This document shows, in pieces, positions 28,469-38,272 of a stretch of DNA of 52,092 bases. Position 1 is the stretch's first letter; each line of letters starts with the position of its first letter. The notes below the pieces were generated by a model, which saw nothing but the letters and a program-made list of their open reading frames with translations, searched no databases and was not told the DNA's origin. The stretch is taken from sequence record NC_048845.1. The stretch is one strand, 5' to 3'. A program made the translations under genes and the position numbers. Source of the stretch: Escherichia phage flopper.

Positions 28469-28981
28469 TTAGATTCCCTTAATTAAGATGGGTTCACCAC
28501 CATCATAGAATTTGCCGCCAACACTGGCGTCAGACATTGTTCCAATATTCATTACGTCTTCACGAAGAACATTGAATTTAATTTGGATTCCTTCTCGGAA
28601 TTCCCAATTTGTCTCAAGAGTTAACGAGGCAAGATTCAGTGGATTTTTGTCAAGTGTTGCAAAGCCTTTGCTCTTAAGCATAGCCTGAACATCTGGACGG
28701 AAGAAGGAGTTGTCAAACTTAACATACTCACTCCCACGACGTGAGAAGAGAATATAGAAGGTTAAGATTCGAATCCCTCTCGTAACAAATACTTCCTCAC
28801 CATTTCGGACTTCGATTCGAGTTTCGTCAAAGCCCGGATTAACTGACGACACGCACTTTATTGCGGCATAGTTTTCAGATGGTCGAGGTGCGTTTACTTG
28901 CATCTCATAGGAGAAGCGCGGGACGCCAACGCAGACGTCCACAATATCCTTCATCGCCTGAATATCTTCATCGTAAATCAT
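28469..28981 (-). CDS. tail completion / neck protein
   Basis: 170 aa between head-completion and sheath genes. Confidence 0.4.
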   Translation of the reverse strand: MIYDEDIQAMKDIVDVCVGVPRFSYEMQVNAPRPSENYAAIKCVSSVNPGFDETRIEVRNGEEVFVTRGIRILTFYILFSRRGSEYVKFDNSFFRPDVQAMLKSKGFATLDKNPLNLASLTLETNWEFREGIQIKFNVLREDVMNIGTMSDASVGGKFYDGGEPILIKGI

Positions 28982-29340
28982 TTCTCTAACTCCTTAGCAG
29001 CAATGACTTCAAAGAACCCAGCTGCCTTGTAGTCAGAAACAGAAATAACTTTATAACGAAGGCCGTAGATAGTAAGGATAGACTTCATCGGCATTTCAGT
29101 TCGGGAATGTACTTGCATGAATGCAGGTTGGCGCTCTCCGACTTCTGTAGCCTTAAGCGATTGGCCGCTTACGCCAGAATCCCTGTCACCATAAGGTATG
29201 GGAGTACATCGGATGGGTTTCTTTGGAGCATATGAATCACCAACCCAATTATTTTTGTCATCGTAGTAACCTTCTTGATATACCTCAAGATACATACGAG
29301 TGGTTGTGTAGCGGTTAAATGCTCGACGCTGGTTAATCAA
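28978..29340 (-). CDS. head-tail joining protein
   Basis: 120 aa, positional. Confidence 0.4.
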   Translation of the reverse strand: MINQRRAFNRYTTTRMYLEVYQEGYYDDKNNWVGDSYAPKKPIRCTPIPYGDRDSGVSGQSLKATEVGERQPAFMQVHSRTEMPMKSILTIYGLRYKVISVSDYKAAGFFEVIAAKELEK

Positions 29341-29726
29341 AACTGCGACCCAGGGCTAACCCTCGGCCCAGCAAATGCCATTCGCCGCCATTGCAAGTAA
29401 CGTTGACCGTACACAGTAGACATGAAATCAGCTTCAACATATGGAATTGTTGAGATGATTCGGTCGCTAAACTCTACCTGAACATCGTCCACATCGGTAC
29501 GACTAACAGGCATAGCTGGCATTGCGGCATCACCAGGCATTAGGTCATCAATTGTTGCAGACCAATGCGCTATTAGTGATGCCATAGCTGGGTCATAAAA
29601 CCCACACCAACGCGATTCGATTGTCCCCATAATGAGTTTCGCATCTTCAACTAGAATATCAAAACGCTCTGGGGTCATGTCAGCCATTGCCGGATAACGT
29701 TTAACCAAATCGGTCAGTGTTATCAT
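29337..29726 (-). CDS. head-tail adaptor protein
   Basis: 129 aa, positional. Confidence 0.4.
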   Translation of the reverse strand: MITLTDLVKRYPAMADMTPERFDILVEDAKLIMGTIESRWCGFYDPAMASLIAHWSATIDDLMPGDAAMPAMPVSRTDVDDVQVEFSDRIISTIPYVEADFMSTVYGQRYLQWRRMAFAGPRVSPGSQF

Positions 29727-30167
29727 TTACGCCAACTTATCGTAGAGTGCCAGTTTAACGTCTTCCGGCATACCCTTAATATCAATACCATTCTTAGTCA
29801 GAATAGCATCAATGTCAGGCATGCCAACTTTCACACGTTCAACAATGGTAAGAGAACCAGCTTTGATTGCTTCTTTAACCAGGTTGACTTTGCGAGTTTT
29901 GCCAGTGCTGTAATACTCTTTAATGACAAGAGCTTCTTTACCGGTCTTAACAGAAGCACCGATATTCTCGTCATCAAGCGGAACCACTTCTTCGCGCAGT
30001 TCTTCAACTTCCGTCAGAGATGCCGTAAGAGATTTGTAGATTTCATCGTCGATTTCTACAGTTGCGCCACCAGGAATGTGAACAAAGTCCAGTTCAGATT
30101 TGCCAGACTTTCCCTTCTTGTAGAAGAAGAATTGAAGGTTGCGTGATTCGTTGTTCTTAATCTGCAT
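29727..30167 (-). CDS. hypothetical structural protein
   Basis: 146 aa immediately downstream of the capsid gene. Confidence 0.4.
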   Translation of the reverse strand: MQIKNNESRNLQFFFYKKGKSGKSELDFVHIPGGATVEIDDEIYKSLTASLTEVEELREEVVPLDDENIGASVKTGKEALVIKEYYSTGKTRKVNLVKEAIKAGSLTIVERVKVGMPDIDAILTKNGIDIKGMPEDVKLALYDKLA

Positions 30168-30213
30168 TACTATTTCTCTTAAGTTATGGGCGAGAATAGT
30201 CCCGCCCTATTTA

Positions 30214-31221
30214 TCAGATGCCGGAGTTGATAGAGATTGCTGCCGGATACATCGCTTGGAAGCCAGCAAAACGACCACGGCCAGGAACTTCATAAACCAG
30301 ACCATGAAGCTGTACCGGTTGCCAGGTCAGCGGCAGAGGTTCACGCAGACGGAAAGTGCGGTTGCCCATTGCATTGCGGCAAACAACAACGAAGCAATCA
30401 GAGCCAGCATCGCCGTGACCTTTGATTGCGTTCAGACCCTTGATTTTATCGCGGGAGTTGATGAACTGGTTGTTGTCAATGAAGAATTGACCAATCGTCT
30501 TATCAGACTGCTCAGAACGTGCAGTGTTGAAGATGTACTGCTCATGCTCAACAGGCATCCAGATTTCGTCTGGGCGCATGATTTTCAGAGTGGAAGCATA
30601 CATTGCAGACACAGCAGTGGTCAGGTCAGCAATAACTTCGGTCGGAGTCTTCTCGGCCCACTTGGTAGAACCCCCAGCACCAGCAGCAACAGTTGCTTTG
30701 GTAATGTCTGGGTTTTCGAAGAAGCCAACAAAGCCGTTAGCTTTATCGCCGTACCATGCAGCAGAGTTAACATACTGCTCGTAACCACGAATAGCAGCAT
30801 TTGCTTTGCGAGTTTCCAGCGGGAGGCCAGTAACAGCAGCGGATGCCACTTCATCAATATCGTAGTCGAATGCAGTACCAACAGATTTAACAGGGATACT
30901 GTATTCTTTACCAGAAATGCTGGACTTCGGCAGGTCGGTTGCACGGGCGTTAATTACCTGAGCTTTACCAACATGGTTGTAAGAACGGTAGGTAAGAGTG
31001 TTTACGCCAGCACCACCAGTAGTGTCCACACCGAAAGCAGCACGAGCTTCCAGTTCTGGATACAGAGTGTCGTAAGTTTGAGCTTCAATGTGCTCAAGCT
31101 GGCGTTGAAAGAATACTGCATCGTCGTCATTCAGGACAACAGTGCCAGAATCCTGAATACGGGTGATAGCGTCGTTCAGTTCGAATTCAGAACCGTCCGC
31201 CAGTTTAATCATCTTAGGCAT
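30214..31221 (-). CDS. major capsid protein
   Basis: ~335 aa between the decoration/Ig genes and the neck genes; start set to ATG 31221 (the track ORF starts at TTG 31254). Confidence 0.65.
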   Translation of the reverse strand: MPKMIKLADGSEFELNDAITRIQDSGTVVLNDDDAVFFQRQLEHIEAQTYDTLYPELEARAAFGVDTTGGAGVNTLTYRSYNHVGKAQVINARATDLPKSSISGKEYSIPVKSVGTAFDYDIDEVASAAVTGLPLETRKANAAIRGYEQYVNSAAWYGDKANGFVGFFENPDITKATVAAGAGGSTKWAEKTPTEVIADLTTAVSAMYASTLKIMRPDEIWMPVEHEQYIFNTARSEQSDKTIGQFFIDNNQFINSRDKIKGLNAIKGHGDAGSDCFVVVCRNAMGNRTFRLREPLPLTWQPVQLHGLVYEVPGRGRFAGFQAMYPAAISINSGI

Positions 31222-31276
31222 GTAAATTAATCCGTTTTGTTTGGTGGGGCGCAACTATTAATTGCGCCATCACAAC

Positions 31277-31705
31277 TTAAGACTTCGGCGTAATAGCAAT
31301 CTCTTTAGTTGCAGTCACGCTGGAGGTTGTTTTGTTTGTTGCCTTAACCGTGGCAGAGGTATCGGTAGTTGTCTCATTTAAGACGGTTACAGTACCATTT
31401 GCAGCCACAGAAACGCCAGTCACAGGAGGCGTAATAGCGTAGGTGTAGTCTGTTGCTGTAGAGTTACCAAACTTAAACAGTTTGTCTACAGTTACAGTGG
31501 CATCAGTAGAAGACGCATCAGCCGTTACAACTCCATCTACAGCAGACACCGTAGGTGCAGGAGGCTTAGGCTTAATCGTAATCTGTTTGGATGCAGTTAC
31601 GCCAGACTCTGTTTTATTTGTTGCCTTGATTGTCGCAGAAGTGGCTGTAGTCGTTGCACTGAGTACAGTCACAGTGCCGTTTGCCGCCACAGAAACACCA
31701 GTCAC
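31277..31705 (-). CDS. Ig-like (BIG-type) tandem-repeat domain protein
   Basis: Two near-identical ~48-aa repeats (VTGVSVAANGTVTVL...ATNKT...) with a third copy upstream in the same frame, open to 31870 without ATG/GTG/TTG. Confidence 0.55.
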   Translation of the reverse strand: MTGVSVAANGTVTVLSATTTATSATIKATNKTESGVTASKQITIKPKPPAPTVSAVDGVVTADASSTDATVTVDKLFKFGNSTATDYTYAITPPVTGVSVAANGTVTVLNETTTDTSATVKATNKTTSSVTATKEIAITPKS

Positions 31706-31851
31706 GGGAGGTGTAACAGCGAAGTTATAATCTGTTGCCGCAGAGTTCTCAAACTTAAACAGTTTGTCTACAGTTACAGTTGCATCAGAGGCAGATGCGT
31801 CCGCAGTTAAAGCCCCTGCAACAGCAGATACTGTAGGAGCTGGAGGTGGCG

Positions 31852-32325
31852 TTACGGCTTTGGGACTACGTTAATCATGACCGGGACAACATCACCAGCG
31901 GAAGCCGGATAACGCAGGGCAGTCAGGTTGGTTGCTTTAGTATAACCAGCACCAACGCCACCAAATTCACCTTTAGTGGATACGCCGATGTTCTTGTCGG
32001 TGATTGCGGTTTTCAGTTTGACCATGATTGGGCCAGACAGCATAACACCCAGGGGCCAGCCAACTTTAATAGCAACAGTGCCGTCACCAGGACGAGTAGC
32101 AGATTCGATGTTAAGCTGGCGCATGGTAATGCCCAGAACAGTGCCGTCAGCCTCAATACCAGGCTTAACCTGATTAGAAGCCGTGCCTTGAACAACAGCC
32201 AGACCAAAGTTTGCCATTTCTTCTTCGGCAACGTAAGTCAGGCGCTGGGAGTTGGTGGTAGCCAGGCCATATTGTTCACCTGCATATGCTTCACCAGTAT
32301 TAATAGACCAATCTTGCTTTGGCAT
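31852..32325 (-). CDS. head decoration / accessory capsid protein (zero-frame product)
   Basis: 157 aa ending ...VVPKP with slippery C_CCA_AAG two codons before the stop. Confidence 0.5.
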   Translation of the reverse strand: MPKQDWSINTGEAYAGEQYGLATTNSQRLTYVAEEEMANFGLAVVQGTASNQVKPGIEADGTVLGITMRQLNIESATRPGDGTVAIKVGWPLGVMLSGPIMVKLKTAITDKNIGVSTKGEFGGVGAGYTKATNLTALRYPASAGDVVPVMINVVPKP

Positions 32326-32334
32326 TGTCTTACC

Positions 32335-33399
32335 TTATAAAGAGTTGAAGCGTTCTAAACGACGTTTGTTAGCTTCTTCGGAAATAGAAACTTTAGGTTT
32401 ACGAGCTTCTGAATCTTTCTTAGCAGCGAATTGCATAGACTGATTCAGGGCATCTCCTAAAGTAATGGAATCGCAATCTTCAAGAGCTGCATCGAAACGG
32501 GCGGAGATATAGTCTTCGCTCTTATCGCTGAAATCCTTGTCATGCAATTTATTAACTACAGCCAACTTAATTTCTGCATCGGTCTTGCCGGAGAAATCTA
32601 GGTTGGAGAACTCGTCGCCAAGACGGGCCACATCAACAAGCAATGCTGTACGAGCAACTACACGTTTGTCTACCTCAGCCTGAATGGCTTCATCGGATAG
32701 TCGTGCAGTTTCTGCATCAGCAAGTTTCTGCTCAAGGACACTAATCTTGTCAAGCGCTGCATCACGCTCTGCTTCAACAACGTCAAAGGTTGCCTTATCA
32801 ACAATGGCAATCTCTTCACCAGAGTCACCAATGCGAGTAGTCTGAGCACGACCACGAACAACAATTGCAGCATGGTTAGGGATAATGCGGACTTTATCGA
32901 AGTCGGCTTCATCATCTTCTGATACAGCCAGTTCAGCATTATGGCCCAAGGAGATTTGGTCAACACCAGAATCAACTAATCGAATAGCTTGCTCGTCATT
33001 CAAAACGATTGACGCAGCCAAGAAAGAACCGTCTGCAACTGGACGCCCTTCGATGAACCCTTTCTGGAGTTCTTTGTTGTTCTTGATGTTAACATCATTT
33101 TTCGGATGGCCGATAGTAACCGGAATTGAACGACAGCCTTCGATGGTTGCTTCGTCAAATAATACTTCCGGCTTGGTACGAACACGGCAAATAGATTCTG
33201 GGTCCAGATGTTTTGCAATTTCACCAAGTTCTTTAGCCTTGTACAGCATGATGCCGGTACGGGCGATGGTGCATTCTGCAATCATTTCGCCAGAGTCACG
33301 TAAACGACGGGTCGTTAAAGTAGCCTTGTCGTTCAACAAAACTACTTCATTCACGGTATCTTCGTCGTTAAGCTGAACCAGGTTTTGGTTTTGCTTCAC
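32335..33399 (-). CDS. scaffolding / prohead-protease-like protein
   Basis: Acidic coiled-coil C-terminal half; start uncertain (GTG 33399 with AAGGG RBS, or ATG 33285); the ORF to 33576 would overlap the portal by ~200 nt. Confidence 0.45.
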   Translation of the reverse strand: MKQNQNLVQLNDEDTVNEVVLLNDKATLTTRRLRDSGEMIAECTIARTGIMLYKAKELGEIAKHLDPESICRVRTKPEVLFDEATIEGCRSIPVTIGHPKNDVNIKNNKELQKGFIEGRPVADGSFLAASIVLNDEQAIRLVDSGVDQISLGHNAELAVSEDDEADFDKVRIIPNHAAIVVRGRAQTTRIGDSGEEIAIVDKATFDVVEAERDAALDKISVLEQKLADAETARLSDEAIQAEVDKRVVARTALLVDVARLGDEFSNLDFSGKTDAEIKLAVVNKLHDKDFSDKSEDYISARFDAALEDCDSITLGDALNQSMQFAAKKDSEARKPKVSISEEANKRRLERFNSL

Positions 33400-34684
33400 T
33401 TGCGTTACCCTTTTGGATGTTAGGAGGATTAGGATTTGGTTTGCCAAGGTCACAAGTTCCGAACACGCCCGAATGGAACATGACTTCGTTTGCAACTTCG
33501 GTAGTAATAGTACCGTTGTTAACCAGTAGGTCAACAGCAAATGCCAAATCTTTAGCTCGCTTCGCTTTCTCAACATTGGATTCAGGGAAGATATCTAACC
33601 ATTCGTAGTCATATTCTTCAATGCCAAAGTGCGCTTGGACAATCTTGTCTACCACATCTAAACGAGGGTCGAACACAGAAGTCTGCAAGCCTGTCAACAA
33701 GTCGATATAGTTTACGAGGTCAGATTCGCCCGTAGCATTCATACCGTCTGGAGATGCAGAAAGGAAACGTGTAGCCGGAATACCAACTGCGGCAGCAACT
33801 ATCTTCAAGTATTCCCAAATCAAATCTTTCACACCAGATAGTGCAATTGACTTGGTGTCATACTTCTCAGTATTGTCGAGAATTAAGACGTTATAAATAC
33901 TCTTTGCCAGCTTCATAAGTTTGAAGCGCTTCATCACAGCAGCTTCACCTTCCGGTGATGTAAGCAGAGATTGTAAGCCTTCAACAGTTACCACATCAAT
34001 GGTGGCTTCCTGAGCAAGGCTGGCAGCAGCAGCAGCAGTTGTATAGAATTGGTCAATCGTTTTCAGCAGTGGAATAAGTACCGAATCGGAATACCACATG
34101 TTACGTTGGAATTCAAACAGTGGCAGTTCAGTACCCTCGAACCGAAGAAAGCGAGTGTAGTGGATATAGCCGGGATACCCAGCCAAAGTGTAATACTCTG
34201 GCAAACCATAGTGAGGACTCAAAGGGTCCAGAACCATAGTTCCTGCGGCAAATAAGCGTGAGCGGTCAATAACTCTCATGGATTTAATACATCCAGTCTT
34301 CAAGTTATCCAGACGCAATGGTGTATCAAGTTTACCCGTACCTTTTAGGTCGAGCAGAACAAATGAAGTCCCATACAATCTGGCCCATTGATATGCCTCA
34401 CGGAACAGCTTACGAATACGAAGTTTCTTATCCGCTTTGCGTCCTTCTTCACTATCAATATGTCGCCACTTACGCGTCATATCTTGAGGAATAACGGTAC
34501 ACACTTTCTGTGCCACCCAATCCTCACGGAAGCGGTTCATAAGTTCGCGATAGTTCGCGTTCTTGTTTGAGAAAGTCCACTGGTTAAAAGTAGACTTATC
34601 TGCCTGACCGCCCAACCCCGTTACAAGGTTTTCTAACCCATCTGCAACTTTAACAGAAAGATTGTTTTTCTTCTTGGAAGTCAT
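33368..34684 (-). CDS. portal protein
   Basis: 438 aa immediately downstream of the terminase large subunit. Confidence 0.7.
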   Translation of the reverse strand: MTSKKKNNLSVKVADGLENLVTGLGGQADKSTFNQWTFSNKNANYRELMNRFREDWVAQKVCTVIPQDMTRKWRHIDSEEGRKADKKLRIRKLFREAYQWARLYGTSFVLLDLKGTGKLDTPLRLDNLKTGCIKSMRVIDRSRLFAAGTMVLDPLSPHYGLPEYYTLAGYPGYIHYTRFLRFEGTELPLFEFQRNMWYSDSVLIPLLKTIDQFYTTAAAAASLAQEATIDVVTVEGLQSLLTSPEGEAAVMKRFKLMKLAKSIYNVLILDNTEKYDTKSIALSGVKDLIWEYLKIVAAAVGIPATRFLSASPDGMNATGESDLVNYIDLLTGLQTSVFDPRLDVVDKIVQAHFGIEEYDYEWLDIFPESNVEKAKRAKDLAFAVDLLVNNGTITTEVANEVMFHSGVFGTCDLGKPNPNPPNIQKGNASEAKPKPGSA

Positions 34685-34908
34685 TATTTCTTCCTTAGAA
34701 TAGTTCCATTACCCTTAACAATTTGAATGTTGTCGGAGGTGTGGAGTCGCAGATTTGACTCGTGCTTTAACTTAACACAGTCGCTCTCTGTGGTAGAAAC
34801 TGCCTCAACCACGCACAAAATGTTTCCTTCCAAATCTTGAATCTGGAAGGAATTGTTCTTGCGTGAGCGGGCATCTAATCGAGTGATAACCGCCATATTT
34901 ACATCCAT
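34684..34908 (-). CDS. hypothetical protein
   Basis: 74-aa ORF between terminase and portal. Confidence 0.4.
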   Translation of the reverse strand: MDVNMAVITRLDARSRKNNSFQIQDLEGNILCVVEAVSTTESDCVKLKHESNLRLHTSDNIQIVKGNGTILRKK

Positions 34909-36944
34909 GCGGAGTAGTTGGCACTTGGGCCAGAGAATTCGATTGCAACCATATCTGAAACGTTATCGACACAATCGTCGTGTCCAGTACCACTACCCAA
35001 AGAAGTGAATCCAAGTATTTCACGTCTAACATGGTCAATGTGTTCATGACCAGCAGGGAAGAATATTCTCTTTTGCGAGAAATATGGGATTGCGTTAAGG
35101 AATCGAGTTACCTTGTCATTACCATTGATGCCATCACGAGGCAGCGGTAAAACTCGGACACTCCCATCTCTAATAAATTGTTGATTCAAGAATTGTCCAG
35201 CAGACTTGTCTTCCATGTACAGTGCACGAGGAATACAACCTACACACTTCAAATCCAACTTGTTGCATTTGTTCCAGAAGTCGATGATAGCAGTCTTGAG
35301 TTCTGGAGTTTCGAACTTACCGAGCATAATATCTAAACAATAAACATCACGCTCTTTAGTCACGCCCCAATGCTTAAGGACCGAATAATCAGAATAGGAT
35401 TTGGCAGTTGATGCCGTATCCGCTGTAATAAAACTTCTGACTATGCGACTTCTGTCGAAAACGTCTGGTTCATACTCTTGCCACCAATCTTCTTTGATAA
35501 GGCCGTGGCCTTGTGCAGATGGGTCGCCAGCATACTGTGAATTGTATGTATATGGGTTAGACTCTTTCATTGCCTCCAGAGATTCTAAACTCTTACGTGA
35601 AGGCCATAATGCAGACTTCTCTTCCTTCCTGTTCAAATTGTACAGAATGGGAATAGCATGAGTGTAGTTCTGCTTCTTGATTAACTTATCATACCATTCA
35701 GCACTTCCAACGCCCTTCTCAATAATCGCTGGGATATTGAGATAATGGTATTTGTCGGAAGAGCCGCCACGGAGTATGTAACCAACTAAATCCTGGTCAT
35801 GAACTCGCTGCATGATGATAACCATTGGTGTACGGGCACACTTAATTTGGTTTCCGTACGAATCAGTTATGCAACCATCGTTGGCAAGACGGGACATAAA
35901 GGTGTTATCAAATCGGTCGTTGATTTCTGCTCGAACTGTGTCAGAGTAGGCATCTTTTGGTTTGATAACGTCATCCACCACGAAACAACCGGAGTATTTT
36001 GCAACAAGAAGTCCAGCACCTTTACCAGTCAGCTTACCACCAGTAGGTACTGCGTGCATAACTCCAGCTTTGGTTGTACCCCAGCGCTCAAGTGAACGTT
36101 TGTTGGGGTCGATTCTCACCTTCGGAAATATGCGTTGGAACAGTGGGTCCATCATTACAGCACGGATGTAACCACTCGATTCAAGAACAACGTCTTCTGC
36201 ATACGAGGTGATAATGTTATGGCTTGATTCATTGTGGCAAAATGAATACAAGGGCAATGCAATACTCATGAGCTGAGTCTTAGAGTGTCGTGGAGGAATG
36301 GTCACTATTAAGCGGTCAATCTCACCATCAACAACCTTTTGACCAACACTGAATATTACATCGTGAAAGTCTTGTGCTTGAAATGGAAATCCCATCTGAA
36401 TATGGAACTGCCATTTACCAAAGGCTTCGAAACTTTTCATCAAGATTTTGCGAACACGCTCTGCAACCTTGGCAGGGATTACAGTTGGGTCCACATTGTG
36501 TGGGTCATGCAGAATCTTGTCTACAAGTTCCTCGGTGTTATCATGCTCCGAGTTTGGCTCCTCTAATGTGGAACCTGCAACACGGTCAGTAACACCTGCT
36601 TGAATACCTTTCTTCAACTCATCTGCATAGGCAGTTGAGTCTTTCCTGTCGCCAGAGCGAAGACGCTCAAGTTGTGCTCTGAAAACGGAACGCAGTACAG
36701 CATCGTTTTCAAGACCCTGGCCTTCTAACTCTGCTTGAATTTGTTCTTCATAGCTGTCAACTATTGCAGTATTTTCTGAAATATATCGACGGAGCAATGG
36801 CAAAGATAGAATACAGAATCTTTCTCTTGAGACTTTTAATACGTCACCGTAGTGTTTGGCAAGATACGAGGCTACTGTATCATTAAACTCCGGCCCGAGG
36901 TCATCAGTCTTTGACATTGATTCGTTCTCTTTGTTTTTAATCAC
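34899..36944 (-). CDS. terminase large subunit
   Basis: 681 aa with ATPase-like region (IPPRHSKTQ) and C-terminal nuclease-like region. Confidence 0.8.
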   Translation of the reverse strand: MIKNKENESMSKTDDLGPEFNDTVASYLAKHYGDVLKVSRERFCILSLPLLRRYISENTAIVDSYEEQIQAELEGQGLENDAVLRSVFRAQLERLRSGDRKDSTAYADELKKGIQAGVTDRVAGSTLEEPNSEHDNTEELVDKILHDPHNVDPTVIPAKVAERVRKILMKSFEAFGKWQFHIQMGFPFQAQDFHDVIFSVGQKVVDGEIDRLIVTIPPRHSKTQLMSIALPLYSFCHNESSHNIITSYAEDVVLESSGYIRAVMMDPLFQRIFPKVRIDPNKRSLERWGTTKAGVMHAVPTGGKLTGKGAGLLVAKYSGCFVVDDVIKPKDAYSDTVRAEINDRFDNTFMSRLANDGCITDSYGNQIKCARTPMVIIMQRVHDQDLVGYILRGGSSDKYHYLNIPAIIEKGVGSAEWYDKLIKKQNYTHAIPILYNLNRKEEKSALWPSRKSLESLEAMKESNPYTYNSQYAGDPSAQGHGLIKEDWWQEYEPDVFDRSRIVRSFITADTASTAKSYSDYSVLKHWGVTKERDVYCLDIMLGKFETPELKTAIIDFWNKCNKLDLKCVGCIPRALYMEDKSAGQFLNQQFIRDGSVRVLPLPRDGINGNDKVTRFLNAIPYFSQKRIFFPAGHEHIDHVRREILGFTSLGSGTGHDDCVDNVSDMVAIEFSGPSANYSAWM

Positions 36945-37122
36945 AATCCACTAATGGTTGAGTTTGCACGGGATTGATGCGAATGATGCTGCCCAAACCA
37001 GAATCAGCCTTTAAATACAGGCGGTTTAGCGGCATATATGAATCACAGATAGGACATTGCTGCGTTATGAAATCATCTTCTGCAATTTCATAGTGGCAGT
37101 TAGGGCATTGTATTGTGCGCAT
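36937..37122 (-). CDS. zinc-ribbon protein
   Basis: 61 aa with CPNC...CPIC; 8-nt overlap with the terminase start. Confidence 0.4.
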   Translation of the reverse strand: MRTIQCPNCHYEIAEDDFITQQCPICDSYMPLNRLYLKADSGLGSIIRINPVQTQPLVDCD

Positions 37123-37177
37123 AAGCGACTCCGAATAAGATAGGAGGCCAGATAGCCTCCCTAATTACGCGTGTCGC

Positions 37178-37546
37178 TTAATATTTAATATCGCTCCAGG
37201 CCATATCTTTATAGAAATCTTCCAGATATGCTTGGGTAGAACCAACAACCACCACAATCTTAAATGGCAGTATCAGCGGCTTAACAGCCGACATTAAATC
37301 TTCGCGCCCACGCTTGATACGTTCGACGTTCTTGATTGTGTTTTCACCATGAGGAAGCATGAAAACGATAACATCCGCACCTGTTTCGTTGCGAACTGCA
37401 AGTGCACGGGTGAGATAAGTCCCGCCACCAGTGGAGGTGACATTAGACTTGAGGTATGCAAATTTAACTTTGCGGTTATTTACTACAACAGGTGAGGACA
37501 GTTTCATTTCAGATAGGTTCCAGATTAATAATCGTAGGTGTCCCAA
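37178..37546 (-). CDS. hypothetical protein
   Basis: 122-aa ORF. Confidence 0.4.
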   Translation of the reverse strand: MGHLRLLIWNLSEMKLSSPVVVNNRKVKFAYLKSNVTSTGGGTYLTRALAVRNETGADVIVFMLPHGENTIKNVERIKRGREDLMSAVKPLILPFKIVVVVGSTQAYLEDFYKDMAWSDIKY

Positions 37547-37731
37547 TACTCTTGCAGAGATTCAGAATACCAGGACCAATTATCAACTCCGCCAGCTTCC
37601 AAACATTCACGCCATAAGGCATCTTTGTCTGCTTTCTCTTGGAGTTGTTTTAGCTTGGCCTTAAACTCTAAGGCCATTTCATTATCTTCCGCATTGAGGT
37701 GCGAAAGAAGTTCTTCTAACTGCTCTAACAT
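37525..37731 (-). CDS. hypothetical acidic helical protein
   Basis: 68 aa. Confidence 0.4.
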   Translation of the reverse strand: MLEQLEELLSHLNAEDNEMALEFKAKLKQLQEKADKDALWRECLEAGGVDNWSWYSESLQEYWDTYDY

Positions 37732-37760
37732 GGATGCTCCGATGGTGCTTATTTGTGGTG

Positions 37761-38270
37761 TTAAGCGTCGCGAATGGTCAGACTTTCTGGAATATGTGGT
37801 CTTTCATGCTGACCAAGTTCCACACGACCAGTTGAGCCAAACCCACCTTCGCCACGACCAGTTGCATTCAGGCGGTCAACTTCGACGAAATGGTGTTGAG
37901 TAGCTTTACTAACTTGCACCTGACAAATACGTTCACCTGGCTGAACCACAAAGGCTGTGTCCGAGTCGTTGTGCAGCTTAACCATAAGATTGCCACGATA
38001 ATCGGAGTCCAGAATTCCTGTACAGTTTGCCAGGCGGATGCCAGACTTAAAGCCATGACCAGAACGGCTATGCACTTTGAGTTCGTATCCAACTGGAATC
38101 TCGAACTGGAGGCCAGTATCGAAAACAGCAGAGCAGCCGGGATTGATAACAACAGTGCTATCGGAGATAGTGCAAACGTCAGCAGCAGCAGCGCCAGCAG
38201 TAGCGTACACAGGTAATTTCGCATTAGGATGCACTCGCTTTACAGCAACAACTTGAGTCATACAAGACAT
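37761..38270 (-). CDS. dut: dUTP diphosphatase
   Basis: Canonical dUTPase motifs: AGAAAADV, RSG, GILDSDYRGN, RICQ, RGEGGFGSTG. Confidence 0.85.
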   Translation of the reverse strand: MSCMTQVVAVKRVHPNAKLPVYATAGAAAADVCTISDSTVVINPGCSAVFDTGLQFEIPVGYELKVHSRSGHGFKSGIRLANCTGILDSDYRGNLMVKLHNDSDTAFVVQPGERICQVQVSKATQHHFVEVDRLNATGRGEGGFGSTGRVELGQHERPHIPESLTIRDA

Positions 38271-38272
38271 GA

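Larger units (their letters stand above)
31277..32325 (-). other. predicted -1 frameshift fusion: head protein + three Ig-like repeats
   Basis: -1 slip at CCCAAAG (31858..31864) enters the Ig frame, which is open from 31870 to the stop at 31277. Confidence 0.5.

Noticed and set aside
30139-31230. Long plus-strand ORFs (for example 30139-31230, 38354-38992, 9918-10334).
   Set aside because: They lie antisense to well-supported minus-strand genes, have low-complexity or odd composition and no RBS; they are shadow ORFs.
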